The position numbers and the translations under genes were made by a program. From the NCBI GenBank assembly GCA_023151275.1, contig JAKLJI010000001.1:146409-210408 (forward strand): a DNA stretch of 64,000 nt, written 5' to 3'. How positions within the stretch are numbered: position 1 is the stretch's first letter; every line of letters starts with the position of its first letter. This document shows, piece by piece, positions 28,726 to 38,633 of this stretch. This stretch comes from Bacteroidia bacterium. GTDB taxonomy: Bacteria > Bacteroidota > Bacteroidia > UKL13-3. The notes beneath the pieces were generated by a model. It did not search any database and had not been told where the DNA came from. It saw only the letters and a program-made list of their open reading frames with translations.

Positions 28726-30219
28726 TTAGGGATTTCGCTGAAAGAGAAACAAACCCTCTTTTTCATCGCTCCAAACTCGGGTATGGTTTGCTGTATCCAC
28801 TTTCTCGAAATCTTCTCTAAACAAGTACAAGAATTCGGCATCGGAACGGATTTCTTCACGCTTAAAAACGGGCAACCAATCGAGTTGCCGGGTTTGCCTG
28901 TAAAACTCAAATGCCGGATATACTTGCCAATTGATGGACACATCCACCGGCTTTTTTTGTTTTTGATGGTGGTCTGAAAGCAGTTGAATCACCTCAGTGT
29001 TTCTAAAATCATAGGGAATTTCGCGAAACTGCAAGGGTGGAAGACTTGTAGCAGCATGCATGAACAAGGCACCAGCAAGCAAAATACTTAGGATTCCCAT
29101 TGGAATTTTGAGCCATTTTTGAGAAAACAAAAAGGCCAAAAAGCTTACCAGGTTTAGGCTGAATAATAAGGTCATGAAAAGGGCTGTTCGTTTAATAGGA
29201 TAAAGGCTATCCAGAAACCGGTGATTAAACTCGATAAGCAAGGCGGAACCCGCAAAAATCAACCAAACCATTAACCAATTTTGAAAGGTATGTTGCGCTC
29301 TGATGCGCTTAAAAGGCAGAAAAACCAAGGGAAGAAAAAGCAAAATCCAGTACAGCGCCTGCCAAACTTGATAAGCAAGGAGTTGAAACGTGTACTGACT
29401 TTCGTAGTTAAGGCACCAGAATTGATCGTTTATTACATGAGCACCAAACCATTCATTTCCACCAAAATAAAGCTGCTCCAGGCTTTTTAACTTTTTGAAA
29501 ATCAAAAACACATAAACAAAGGCCACCAAGGCAGCTACAAAAAACCAAAGATGCTTCAGCGCAAAATTCTTCAGGCTTTTTCCTTGCATTAGCACTAGAA
29601 TAGCCATGGAACCAAAGAATGGAACGAAGAAATAAACGGCATTGAAATTTCCTATGGTGGCTAAAATTGCGGCAACAATCGACCAACGTATTTTTTTCTG
29701 ATTTGAATCTTCCAATCCATTCGAAAGCAAGGCGATGCTAAGCAGCATCAATCCAAAAGAAAAGCCATACGACCGGGCAAGCACAAAAAAATCGAGCAAA
29801 AACGGATTTGACAAAGGGATTAAGGCAAGAATAAGACGCAGCCAAAGAGGAAGATTTCTGAAAAACAACAAAAGTGAAATCAGAGCGAGTACAAATCCGG
29901 AAACAGAAAGCAAGCGCAAGGCCAAGGGAGAAATAAGCCCGATGGAGCGTAGCGTTTTCATCCAGATGGAACTCAGCAAATGGTTATTGGCGCTAACATC
30001 CTGATTATACATCACAATATCTTTTACAGATTGAGGCGTATAAGTGATAAAGCTTAAGGCTTCATCATGAGTTATAGATGATTTGGCCGCTTTAGTTAGC
30101 AAGAGCACCAATAAAACGAAAAAGGGAATTAGCAAAAAAGAAAATAGCAGGCGGTTCACAGGAGGTAAAACTAAACATTCACAGCGTGTTTTTGCAAGGA
30201 AAGTGTATTTTCGTCGCAA
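28726..30219 (-). CDS. polytopic membrane glycosyltransferase, GT39/GT83 (PMT/ArnT)-like
   Basis: Multi-TM protein with an early extracytoplasmic loop containing the HDEALSF (DE) motif typical of GT-C mannosyl/arabinosyl transferases. The start is uncertain. Confidence 0.5.
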   Translation of the reverse strand: MRRKYTFLAKTRCECLVLPPVNRLLFSFLLIPFFVLLVLLLTKAAKSSITHDEALSFITYTPQSVKDIVMYNQDVSANNHLLSSIWMKTLRSIGLISPLALRLLSVSGFVLALISLLLFFRNLPLWLRLILALIPLSNPFLLDFFVLARSYGFSFGLMLLSIALLSNGLEDSNQKKIRWSIVAAILATIGNFNAVYFFVPFFGSMAILVLMQGKSLKNFALKHLWFFVAALVAFVYVFLIFKKLKSLEQLYFGGNEWFGAHVINDQFWCLNYESQYTFQLLAYQVWQALYWILLFLPLVFLPFKRIRAQHTFQNWLMVWLIFAGSALLIEFNHRFLDSLYPIKRTALFMTLLFSLNLVSFLAFLFSQKWLKIPMGILSILLAGALFMHAATSLPPLQFREIPYDFRNTEVIQLLSDHHQKQKKPVDVSINWQVYPAFEFYRQTRQLDWLPVFKREEIRSDAEFLYLFREDFEKVDTANHTRVWSDEKEGLFLFQRNP

Positions 30220-30222
30220 CGT

Positions 30223-31017
30223 ATGATTGAGCTACAAACCGACTTCAACCGCTATTTTCGTCAACAATTTGATACCACCACGGAATTCATCATTCCCTTT
30301 ATTGAACGAAAATTTCAAATAAAGAAAGGAATGCGCTTTCTGGAGGTTGGCAGCGGTTATGGGGGCATTTGCAAAGCTTTTTCCGACAAGGGCTGTCAGG
30401 TTACCGGCATTGAACTTTGGGACTATGCCAGTAATATTGCCAAAGGTTTTTTGAAAGAAGAAATAGCATCCGGCCAGATTGAAATAATTAATCGGAATGT
30501 GTATGATATCAATCCTGAAAAGGATTTAACCGAGAAGTACGATATCATACTTTTAAAGGATACGATTGAGCATATTCATGACCAGGAAAAATTTGTAAAG
30601 CACATCATTCATTTCCTGAAGGAAGACGGTGTCATTTTCTTTGCATTCCCGCCTTGGTTGATGCCCTTTGGCGGTCACCAACAAAGTTTAGATAGTAAGT
30701 TTCTGCATTTCCTACCTTGGTTTCATATTTTCCCTGTTCCGGTTTATCGAGGCATCCTCAAGTTATTTGGAGAAAGCGAAGGACGTATTCGGGATATTTT
30801 GGAAGTGAAAGAAACCCAGATAAGCATCAATCGCTTTGAGCGGATAACCCGCAAAGCCGGATTTGGCATTTTGGAGCGTGAGTTTTATTTGATTAATCCG
30901 AGTTACAAATACAAATTCGGAGCTAAACCACGGAAGCAATTAGGTTTGCTATCGGCAATTCCTTGGCTTCGCGATTGGTTCACGACCACCTGCTACTATA
31001 CCTTGAAGAAAGCCTAG
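30223..31017 (+). CDS. class I SAM-dependent methyltransferase
   Basis: Motif I (FLEVGSGYGGICKAF) and motif post-I (VTGIELWD). Confidence 0.75.
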   Translation: MIELQTDFNRYFRQQFDTTTEFIIPFIERKFQIKKGMRFLEVGSGYGGICKAFSDKGCQVTGIELWDYASNIAKGFLKEEIASGQIEIINRNVYDINPEKDLTEKYDIILLKDTIEHIHDQEKFVKHIIHFLKEDGVIFFAFPPWLMPFGGHQQSLDSKFLHFLPWFHIFPVPVYRGILKLFGESEGRIRDILEVKETQISINRFERITRKAGFGILEREFYLINPSYKYKFGAKPRKQLGLLSAIPWLRDWFTTTCYYTLKKA

Positions 31018-31029
31018 GAGCTAACTATG

Positions 31030-31503
31030 ATTTTCATGGGAAGTCTAACCATGAATGAGTTTATTGTCGCTTTCTAAGTTCTTGCTTTTTGTAGATTTTT
31101 TGGAAAGAACCATGAAGGAATGAAGAGTATGAAGGGGTTTGTTGTCGCTCTCTAAATTCTTGTTTTTTGTAGATTTTTTTAGAAAGAACCATGAAGGGAT
31201 GAAGAGTATGAAGGAATCCCGTTCCAGATGGAAATCTTCACTATGATTAATTCTTATTGCACTTCATTTCTTCATGGTAAAACAAACCATGAAGGGATGA
31301 AGAATATGAAGGAACCCCGCTCCGGATGGAAATCTTCACCATGATTAATTCTTATTGCACTTCATTTCTTCATGGTAAAACAAACCATGAAGGGATGAAG
31401 AGTATGAAGGAATCCCGTTCCGGATGGAAATCTTCACCATGATTAATTCTTAATGTCCTTCATTTCTTCATGGTAAAAATGATGAAGAGTATGAAGGGAA
31501 ATC
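31030..31503. repeat. 470-bp tandem array of REP/MITE-like hairpin repeats (two unit subtypes, about 5 copies)
   Basis: Two copies of an approximately 78-bp unit (31061-31216: ..gtcgctttctaagttcttgctttttgtagattttttggaaagaaccatgaaggaatgaagagtatgaagggg). About 2.5 copies of an approximately 99-bp unit (31215-31499: aatcccgttccagatggaaatcttcaccatgattaattcttattgcacttcatttcttcatggtaaaacaaaccatgaagggatgaagaatatgaagga). Every unit contains the CTTCATTTCTTCATGG...CCATGAAGGGATGAAGAGTATGAAGG inverted-repeat core. Confidence 0.85.
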
Positions 31504-31683
31504 TCAAAAAGAGTAAAATTCACCGCTTTCAGGAAATCCTTAGTTTCCCTATTTCTTGATTGTAAAACACCCTAATTGACTTAAGTATTGCACCAAATTT
31601 TGATGCAAAAAGGCCCTATCATGCCTATTCTAAAAATCACTCAGGTAATAACCAGTAACTTCTTAGGCCTTTTTACCTGAACT

Positions 31684-32097
31684 ATGAATACAAAGAAAGA
31701 AGTTACCCACCTGGGATACCAAATCATTGGTCATGCTATCAAGGTCCATAAAACCTTGGGACCTGGACTATTGGAAATTATCTATGAACACTGCCTTAAG
31801 TATGAACTGGAAAAAAGTGGCTTTTCTGTCGTCCAACAATTGTATGTGCCGGTGGTGTACGACAACCTGGAAATGGACATGAACCTGCGGGTTGATTTAC
31901 TGATTAACGACTTGATTATTGTTGAACTAAAGGCCACGGAGAATATTTTACCCGTGTATGAGGCGCAATTGTTAACCTACATGAAACTCCTTCAGAAACC
32001 ACATGGCCTATTACTCAATTTCTTCACAGACAACATTACAAAAACCATGAAACCCTTCGTCAATGAGGTTTTTAATACCTTGCCTGACGAGTGGTGA
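31684..32097 (+). CDS. GxxExxY-family protein (PD-(D/E)XK nuclease-like fold)
   Basis: 137 aa with the family motif G-LL-E-II-Y (..GPGLLEIIYEHCL..) and typical size. Confidence 0.7.
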   Translation: MNTKKEVTHLGYQIIGHAIKVHKTLGPGLLEIIYEHCLKYELEKSGFSVVQQLYVPVVYDNLEMDMNLRVDLLINDLIIVELKATENILPVYEAQLLTYMKLLQKPHGLLLNFFTDNITKTMKPFVNEVFNTLPDEW

Positions 32098-32132
32098 ACC
32101 TAAAAAGAGAACTATTATCGAAGTAGATAAAT

Positions 32133-32170
32133 CAAAAAAAGAGGGCACTTGATGTTTCAAATGCCCTCTT
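32133..32170 (-). terminator. rho-independent terminator of kup
   Basis: AGAGGGCA-cttgatgtttcaaa-TGCCCTCT. On the minus strand the stem is followed by TTTTTTTGATTT. Confidence 0.65.
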
Positions 32171-32176
32171 GTCAAA

Positions 32177-34141
32177 CTATTTATTGTACACCCGCTGGAG
32201 TTTGAACTCCCGGGGTGGTGTAATCATCAGCGGAACAGTTTCAACCAAAACAGAGGAGGTATCTAGACCGAAGGCTTTTTCTTCACTTAGGGAAAGCTTA
32301 TCCAATACAAAATACATTTCCATAATCCGACGTTCCCAGCCATCCAGTTCATTATCATGCGAAAGGTGACGTTTCAACACAACGAATCTAAAATCACCGG
32401 TAATATTCTGGCCTCTTAATGAAGCATATCTCGAGCGAACGTCCACTTCTCCATTCCTAACCAATTCTTCTACCACGCGCCTGAAATAGAAATTGATTTT
32501 CTGTTCAACCCTAAACCCAAGTCTGAATTCAATGCGAACCACATCGTTTGGAATAATATGGTCTACCTTGTACTCCATAGTATAAGGCTTATCATCAACA
32601 TGAATATGTACAAACCAATACACATCTGCGCGCTTTGGACGCTTCTGAAGAATGGAATAAATTACTTTATATTCTACTTCCATCAGATGGTCGGCACTTG
32701 TAAGGTAAACCAAGTGGGTTGAATATTTGCTGATGGAATTGTCCTTACTCAATTCATACAACAAGGGAAGGTATTCTTTCAGGTTAACAAATTCAGTTAA
32801 GCGGTTTTTAATCTTTCTACCCTTGAACCAAACATACATCACCATGGCAAAGGTCAATCCAACCAGGAGAGTCATCCAACCGCCGGCAGGAATTTTAACG
32901 ATATTGGCCAGCAAAAAACTCAGTTCAATGGGAATAAAAACCAAAGCAAACAGAATAATCAGATATCCCGAAACTTTAATTTTTTGCAAGTAGTTAATCA
33001 CCAATACGGTGGTCATTATCATGGTAACAATGATGGCCAAACCGTAAGCGGCTTCCATTTTCGCTGATTCTTTGAAATACAACACAATACCAATACAGCC
33101 CAGCCATAAAATCCAGTTTACACTGGGAACATAAATCTGACCTTTCAAATCAGTTGGGTATTTGATGGTTACCTTTGGCCAAACGTTTAGGCGAAGCGCC
33201 TCCGCAACCAGTGTGAAGCTTCCTGAAATCATGGCCTGAGAGGCGATGATGGCAGCAGTTGTGGCAATGACAATTCCTGTAAGTAGGAACCATTCTGGCA
33301 TAATGGCGTAAAATGGATTGGTTCCTTCTCCAATTTTGTGAAGGTGAGCCAGAATCCAAGCACCTTGTCCAAAATAATTTAGTAAGAGTGCCGATTTTAC
33401 AAAAATCCAACTTACTCGAATATTCGATTTCCCGCAATGGCCCATATCGGAATACAAGGCTTCGGCACCTGTTGTACACAGAAAAACTGCTCCCAACAAC
33501 CAAAAACCCTGCGGATAATTCACCAATAAATCTATGGCATAAACCGGATTCAAAGCGGCCAAAACGCCGGGATTGTGCAGTACAGCGAAAAATCCCAACA
33601 CGCCCAACATGCTAAACCAGATTAACATCACCGGACCAAACATTTTTCCGACAATGCTTGTGCCCATGCGTTGCAAAAGGAACAAGGCGGTAATGATTGA
33701 AATAACAATAGGTATTGTAGGAATATCCGGGTTGAGTATGAGTAATCCCTCAATGGCTGATGAAACCGAAATGGGTGGGGTAATCATACCGTCTGCTAGT
33801 AAGGCACAACCTCCAATAATGGCGGGCCAGATTAAGTAAGGACGGCGACGCTTTACCAGCGTAAACAAGGAAAAAATTCCACCCTCACCGTTGTTATCTG
33901 CGTTAAGAACCAGCAACACGTATTTTATGGTAGTTTGAAGAGTGATTGTCCAAAAAACTAGGGACAAGCCACCATAAATAAGTTGCTCTGTAATGGGAAC
34001 TTTCAAATGATCGGTACCCTGATGAATAATAGCTTTCATCACGTACAGCGGAGATGTTCCAATATCTCCATAAATAATTCCCAGGGCGACAAGGAGTCCT
34101 GCCACCGAGAATTTGTGGCCATGACCAGTTTCGTTACTCAC
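32177..34141 (-). CDS. kup: KUP/HAK/KT-family potassium uptake transporter
   Basis: 654 aa. N-terminal GLLVALGIIYGDIGTSPLYVMK is the Kup hallmark. 12 TM helices plus a cytoplasmic C-terminal domain. GTG start. Confidence 0.9.
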   Translation of the reverse strand: MSNETGHGHKFSVAGLLVALGIIYGDIGTSPLYVMKAIIHQGTDHLKVPITEQLIYGGLSLVFWTITLQTTIKYVLLVLNADNNGEGGIFSLFTLVKRRRPYLIWPAIIGGCALLADGMITPPISVSSAIEGLLILNPDIPTIPIVISIITALFLLQRMGTSIVGKMFGPVMLIWFSMLGVLGFFAVLHNPGVLAALNPVYAIDLLVNYPQGFWLLGAVFLCTTGAEALYSDMGHCGKSNIRVSWIFVKSALLLNYFGQGAWILAHLHKIGEGTNPFYAIMPEWFLLTGIVIATTAAIIASQAMISGSFTLVAEALRLNVWPKVTIKYPTDLKGQIYVPSVNWILWLGCIGIVLYFKESAKMEAAYGLAIIVTMIMTTVLVINYLQKIKVSGYLIILFALVFIPIELSFLLANIVKIPAGGWMTLLVGLTFAMVMYVWFKGRKIKNRLTEFVNLKEYLPLLYELSKDNSISKYSTHLVYLTSADHLMEVEYKVIYSILQKRPKRADVYWFVHIHVDDKPYTMEYKVDHIIPNDVVRIEFRLGFRVEQKINFYFRRVVEELVRNGEVDVRSRYASLRGQNITGDFRFVVLKRHLSHDNELDGWERRIMEMYFVLDKLSLSEEKAFGLDTSSVLVETVPLMITPPREFKLQRVYNK

Positions 34142-34218
34142 GTTTCAAAAAATGAACGACAAATGTATTATTCCCTCCGAAATCTCAAAGAGAAAATCCG
34201 TGTAAATTTAACAAGTGG

Positions 34219-36438
34219 TTAGTTTGCCATCTCGCTGATAAAGTGAATGTGCATGAGGTGCAAATCATCCTTGCTAAATTCCTCACCATATTCCTTCAGG
34301 GCGAAAGTCATAACGTCTTCATTTGTTTTTCTGAAGAAATCCATCACTTCATCCACAATCTCCTCATCGGTAATTTCATACACATAAGGCTTCAGGTTAA
34401 GTTTGGTGCCGCTATTTACAATGTTTTCAATTTCACCTAGCAGCTCTTCCTTACTAATTCCCTGACCACGGGCGATATCATCCAAAGAGATTTTTTTATC
34501 AATATTGGTGATGATGGCGATTTTGCGGGCTGATTTATTCACCACCGATTTGATTACCACATCTTCGGCGCGTTCAATCTCATTCTCCTTAACATACTTA
34601 TCTATCAATTGAACAAATGGCTTTCCGTATTTGCTGGCTTTTCCGGGACTTACACCTGAAATTTTAGCCAACTCATCCAAGGTAATTGGATACTTAAGCG
34701 CCATTTCCTCCAAAGAAGGATCCTGGAAGATGATATAAGGTGGTAAGTTTTTCTCTTTTGCGATTTTCTTGCGCAAGTCCTTCAACATATCGTAGAGCAC
34801 CTGGTCAAAGGCCCCTTCCGATTCGTTTACGGATTCATCATCATCTGCAAATTTCTCAAACTTTCGGTCGAGACTAATTTCAAATACCCCTGGTTTTTTA
34901 ATGAATTTCTCGCCGCTTTCATTCAAGCTCAACAAGCCGTAATTCTCAATATTCTTTGTTACAAGGCCGCGCAACAACAGTTGACGAATTACCGATTTCC
35001 AGTAGTTTTCATCCCTGTCGCTACCTTTGGCAAACCATTCCAACTCATGATGGCCACTCATGGCTACTTCATGGGTTTTGTTCCCAACTAAAATATCAAC
35101 CACATGCTTCAGGTTGTATTTACCCTTAATTTCACGAATAACCTTTAAGGCATCTACAGCTGCAGCCTGGGCACTTTCTTTTTCTTTTGGATGACGGCAG
35201 TTATCGCACATGCAATTGCAGCCTGCCTCATCAAATTCCTCCCCAAAATAATGAAGCAAAAACTTGCGTCGGCAGCTGGAAGATTCAGCAAATGCTTGGG
35301 TTTCAAAAATCAGCAACTCGCCAATTTCACGTTCGGCAACCGGCTTATCTTTCAGGAACTTTTCAAGCTTATCGATATCTGCGGGATTGTAAAACAGTAT
35401 GCAATCGCCATCCAAACCATCACGTCCTGCTCTACCGGTTTCTTGATAATACCCTTCAATACTTTTTGGAATATCGTAGTGAATTACAAACCGTACATCG
35501 GGTTTATCAATGCCCATACCAAAGGCAATGGTTGCCACAATTACATCGGCATCCTCCATCAAAAAACGATCTTGGTGATCGGCACGCATTTTGGCATCTA
35601 ATCCGGCATGGTAAGGCAATGCTTTAATTCCATTGGCCTGAAGAATTCCGGCTATTTCATCAACCTTCTTGCGGCTAAGGCAATAGATAATTCCGGATTT
35701 ATTGTTTTTGGTTTTGATGAAGGATACAATTTCCTTAATGGCCTCACCTTTCTTCCCTTTGGACCGCACTTCATAATAAAGATTTGATCTGTTGAAGGAA
35801 GACTTAAACACCACGGCATCCGACATCTGAAGGTTTTTCATGATATCCGATTGAACCTTGGGAGTTGCGGTTGCAGTAAGGGCAATCATCGGCACATCCT
35901 TAATCTCCTTTACCATTTGTTTGATTCGCCTATATTCAGGTCTGAAATCATGACCCCATTCCGAAATACAATGCGCTTCATCAACCGCCACAAACGAAAT
36001 ATCGATGGTTTTTAAGAAATCGATGGTTTCATCTTTTTTCAAGGTTTCTGGAGCGATATAAAGCATTTTGGTTTGCCCTGCATTGATATCCTTTTTAACG
36101 GTTGCAATTTCTCCTTTATTCAACGATGAATTCAAAAAATGGGCGACTTGCTCGTGCGACAAAGAACGCAGTGCATCCACCTGATTCTTCATAAGTGCAA
36201 TCAAAGGGGAAATGATGATTGCCGTGCCCGGCATCATGAGTGCCGGTAATTGATAACAGACAGATTTGCCACCACCGGTGGGCATAATAACAAAGGTATC
36301 ATTGCCATCAAGTAGGTTACTTATAATTCTCTCCTGATCGCCTTTGAAACTATCAAAACCAAAGTAGGTGCGCAACGATTCTTTTAAATCCGGCTTACCT
36401 TCCTGCTTTTTCGACTTGGCTTTTTTTGATTCTGCCAT
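34219..36438 (-). CDS. recQ: ATP-dependent DNA helicase RecQ
   Basis: 739 aa. Helicase motifs (VIMPTGGGKSVCYQLPA, DEAHCISEWGHDFRP). Zn-binding CxxC cluster. RQC and C-terminal HRDC-like region. Confidence 0.9.
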   Translation of the reverse strand: MAESKKAKSKKQEGKPDLKESLRTYFGFDSFKGDQERIISNLLDGNDTFVIMPTGGGKSVCYQLPALMMPGTAIIISPLIALMKNQVDALRSLSHEQVAHFLNSSLNKGEIATVKKDINAGQTKMLYIAPETLKKDETIDFLKTIDISFVAVDEAHCISEWGHDFRPEYRRIKQMVKEIKDVPMIALTATATPKVQSDIMKNLQMSDAVVFKSSFNRSNLYYEVRSKGKKGEAIKEIVSFIKTKNNKSGIIYCLSRKKVDEIAGILQANGIKALPYHAGLDAKMRADHQDRFLMEDADVIVATIAFGMGIDKPDVRFVIHYDIPKSIEGYYQETGRAGRDGLDGDCILFYNPADIDKLEKFLKDKPVAEREIGELLIFETQAFAESSSCRRKFLLHYFGEEFDEAGCNCMCDNCRHPKEKESAQAAAVDALKVIREIKGKYNLKHVVDILVGNKTHEVAMSGHHELEWFAKGSDRDENYWKSVIRQLLLRGLVTKNIENYGLLSLNESGEKFIKKPGVFEISLDRKFEKFADDDESVNESEGAFDQVLYDMLKDLRKKIAKEKNLPPYIIFQDPSLEEMALKYPITLDELAKISGVSPGKASKYGKPFVQLIDKYVKENEIERAEDVVIKSVVNKSARKIAIITNIDKKISLDDIARGQGISKEELLGEIENIVNSGTKLNLKPYVYEITDEEIVDEVMDFFRKTNEDVMTFALKEYGEEFSKDDLHLMHIHFISEMAN

Positions 36439-36463
36439 ACTAATTTGGAATAAAGGGGCCGCA

Positions 36464-36488
36464 AAGTTAGGGCATGTCTGCCTAACTT
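36464..36488. promoter_or_regulatory. perfect 8-bp-arm palindrome in the recQ / manC divergent intergenic region
   Basis: AAGTTAGG-gcatgtctg-CCTAACTT. Confidence 0.3.
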
Positions 36489-36625
36489 CACGAATTCCCT
36501 ATAAAGTTACGGTTTTCTGATTAAATCTTAGCTTTTCTTCACTTTTAATTTTTATGTGGTCACAGTTCTTTTGAGTTTTGCATTTAAATTGCGCTTCACC
36601 TAAAGCAGGACCTGAGTTCACAGAT

Positions 36626-37717
36626 ATGCAGAATAAAAACAACTATGCTATTATTATGGCCGGTGGCGTTGGAAGCCGGTTCTGGCCTTCAAGCCGAAGC
36701 AATTTTCCGAAACAATTTCTTGATATTCTTGGGGTTGGCCAAACGTTGCTTCAACAAACCTATTCCCGCTTTCTGAAAAACTTCCTCCCCGAAAACATTT
36801 ATATCGTTACCAACCAAAACTATGTTGGCTTGGTAAAAGAGCAAATCGAAGGCATTCAGGATCAGCAAATTTTAGCTGAACCTATGGGGAAAAACACCGC
36901 GGCTTGTATTGCCTATGCTTGCGGAAAAATTTCAAAAATAAATACACACGCCGTTTGTATCGTCGCTCCAAGCGATCACCTGATTCTTCAGGAAGACCGC
37001 TTTTTGGAGGATGTGCGTCAGGCTATGATTTTTGCACAGAAAAATCCGGTTTTGGTAACTTTAGGAATCAAACCCAGCAGACCTGATACGGGTTATGGGT
37101 ATATCCAATTCCTGGAAACCGGCGAGGAAATGAAAAAGGTGAAAACCTTTACCGAAAAACCTAACCTCGAAATTGCCCAAACCTTTATTGAATCAGGCGA
37201 TTTTCTGTGGAATGCCGGCATATTTATTTGGAGTATTTCAAGCATTAAATCTGCATTTAAAGAGCATTTGCCCGAGCAATTTGTGCTGTTCAAAGAAGCC
37301 TTGGATGCCTATTTTACACCCCGCGAACAAGAAACCATTACCCAGATTTACGAACAAACCCGCAGCATTTCTATCGACTACGGCATTATGGAAAAAGCAG
37401 GTAACGTTTTCGTTCGTCCTGTTGATTTTGGTTGGAATGATTTAGGGACCTGGACCTCTTTGTATGAGATTTCGCCCAAAGATGAGTCCGGAAATGTTAC
37501 CAAGGGCGATAATCCTATTTTAACTTATCAAACTACCAATTGCCTAATAAAGGCAGCAGCCGGAGATTCCAATAAAATCTATGTTTTGAACAGTGTTTCG
37601 GATTTAATTGTGGTTGATACGCCAGACGTTTTGCTCATTTGCGACAAAAACAAAGAGCAGGAAGTGAAAGAGGTAGCAACTGATATTAAAATTCGTTTCA
37701 CCGAAAAATACTCTTGA
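36626..37717 (+). CDS. manC: mannose-1-phosphate guanylyltransferase
   Basis: Start at ATG 36626 (MQNKNNYAIIMAGGVGSRFWP.S.....PKQFL). Nucleotidyltransferase G-loop and downstream GMP-synthase-type motifs. Confidence 0.8.
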   Translation: MQNKNNYAIIMAGGVGSRFWPSSRSNFPKQFLDILGVGQTLLQQTYSRFLKNFLPENIYIVTNQNYVGLVKEQIEGIQDQQILAEPMGKNTAACIAYACGKISKINTHAVCIVAPSDHLILQEDRFLEDVRQAMIFAQKNPVLVTLGIKPSRPDTGYGYIQFLETGEEMKKVKTFTEKPNLEIAQTFIESGDFLWNAGIFIWSISSIKSAFKEHLPEQFVLFKEALDAYFTPREQETITQIYEQTRSISIDYGIMEKAGNVFVRPVDFGWNDLGTWTSLYEISPKDESGNVTKGDNPILTYQTTNCLIKAAAGDSNKIYVLNSVSDLIVVDTPDVLLICDKNKEQEVKEVATDIKIRFTEKYS

Positions 37718-37718
37718 T

Positions 37719-38633
37719 ATGGCATTGAAGTTCCCTCCTTTTTTGAAGGCCGGATCAAAAATTGCCATTGCTGCAACAGCCCGAAAAGTAAGTTGGGAGG
37801 AAATTCAACCGGCTTGTACTTTTCTTGAATCAAACGGATTTAAGCCGATTATTCCGGAAGGTCTTTTTTCTGAACAAAACCAGTTTGCAGGTAGCGACGA
37901 GCACCGAGCCAATCTGCTTCAACAATTATTGAATGACTCAAGCATTGAGGCAATCCTGACTGCAAGAGGCGGTTATGGAACTGTTCGTATGATTGACCAA
38001 CTCAATTGGGAAAAATTCAGCCTCAATCCCAAATGGATTATTGGATTTTCAGACATCACCGTACTGTTGAATCATATCAACCACCAAATCGGATATGCAG
38101 GAATACATGGACCCATGGCGTTCAATTTTCAACCCGAACGCTTTGAAGAAAACTCAGCCAATCAACTCATCAACCTAATTCAAGGACTGGGAAATAGCTT
38201 CACGTTTCCGGCTCATAAACGAAACACATGGCGGGGAGAATCTGCTCTTGAAGGCACCTTATTTGGTGGAAACTTGAGTGTGATTTACTCCCTTTTAGGC
38301 TCACCAAGTCTATTCAAACCCGAAAATGGCTTGTTGTTTCTGGAAGATTTAGACGAATACCTTTACCACCTGGATCGCATGATGATGGGCCTTAAGCGGG
38401 CAGGTTTTTTAAACGGATTGAAAGGAATTCTAGTTGGCGATATGAGCGACATGAAGGATAACCTGGTGCCTTTTGGAAAAAATGCATTGGAAATAATTGC
38501 CGAACATGCAGGTTCAATTCCACTGGTAGCGGGACTTCCCTGCGGACATGAAAAACGAAATCTTCCCTTGGTGATGGGAGCAACAACGCAACTGAGTGTC
38601 AATAATGAGCTGATTGAATTAACTCAGAAATAG
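37719..38633 (+). CDS. ldcA: LD-carboxypeptidase (peptidase S66, muramoyltetrapeptide carboxypeptidase)
   Basis: 304 aa. IAIAATAR..., GFSDIT (nucleophile Ser), and a C-terminal catalytic His/Glu region. Confidence 0.75.
   Translation: MALKFPPFLKAGSKIAIAATARKVSWEEIQPACTFLESNGFKPIIPEGLFSEQNQFAGSDEHRANLLQQLLNDSSIEAILTARGGYGTVRMIDQLNWEKFSLNPKWIIGFSDITVLLNHINHQIGYAGIHGPMAFNFQPERFEENSANQLINLIQGLGNSFTFPAHKRNTWRGESALEGTLFGGNLSVIYSLLGSPSLFKPENGLLFLEDLDEYLYHLDRMMMGLKRAGFLNGLKGILVGDMSDMKDNLVPFGKNALEIIAEHAGSIPLVAGLPCGHEKRNLPLVMGATTQLSVNNELIELTQK

Noticed and set aside
28644-28943. 99-aa minus-strand ORF between the yfhO-like and GT genes
   Set aside because: It overlaps the C-terminal coding region of the 28726-30219 gene in another frame and shows no signal or motif. 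Spurious.
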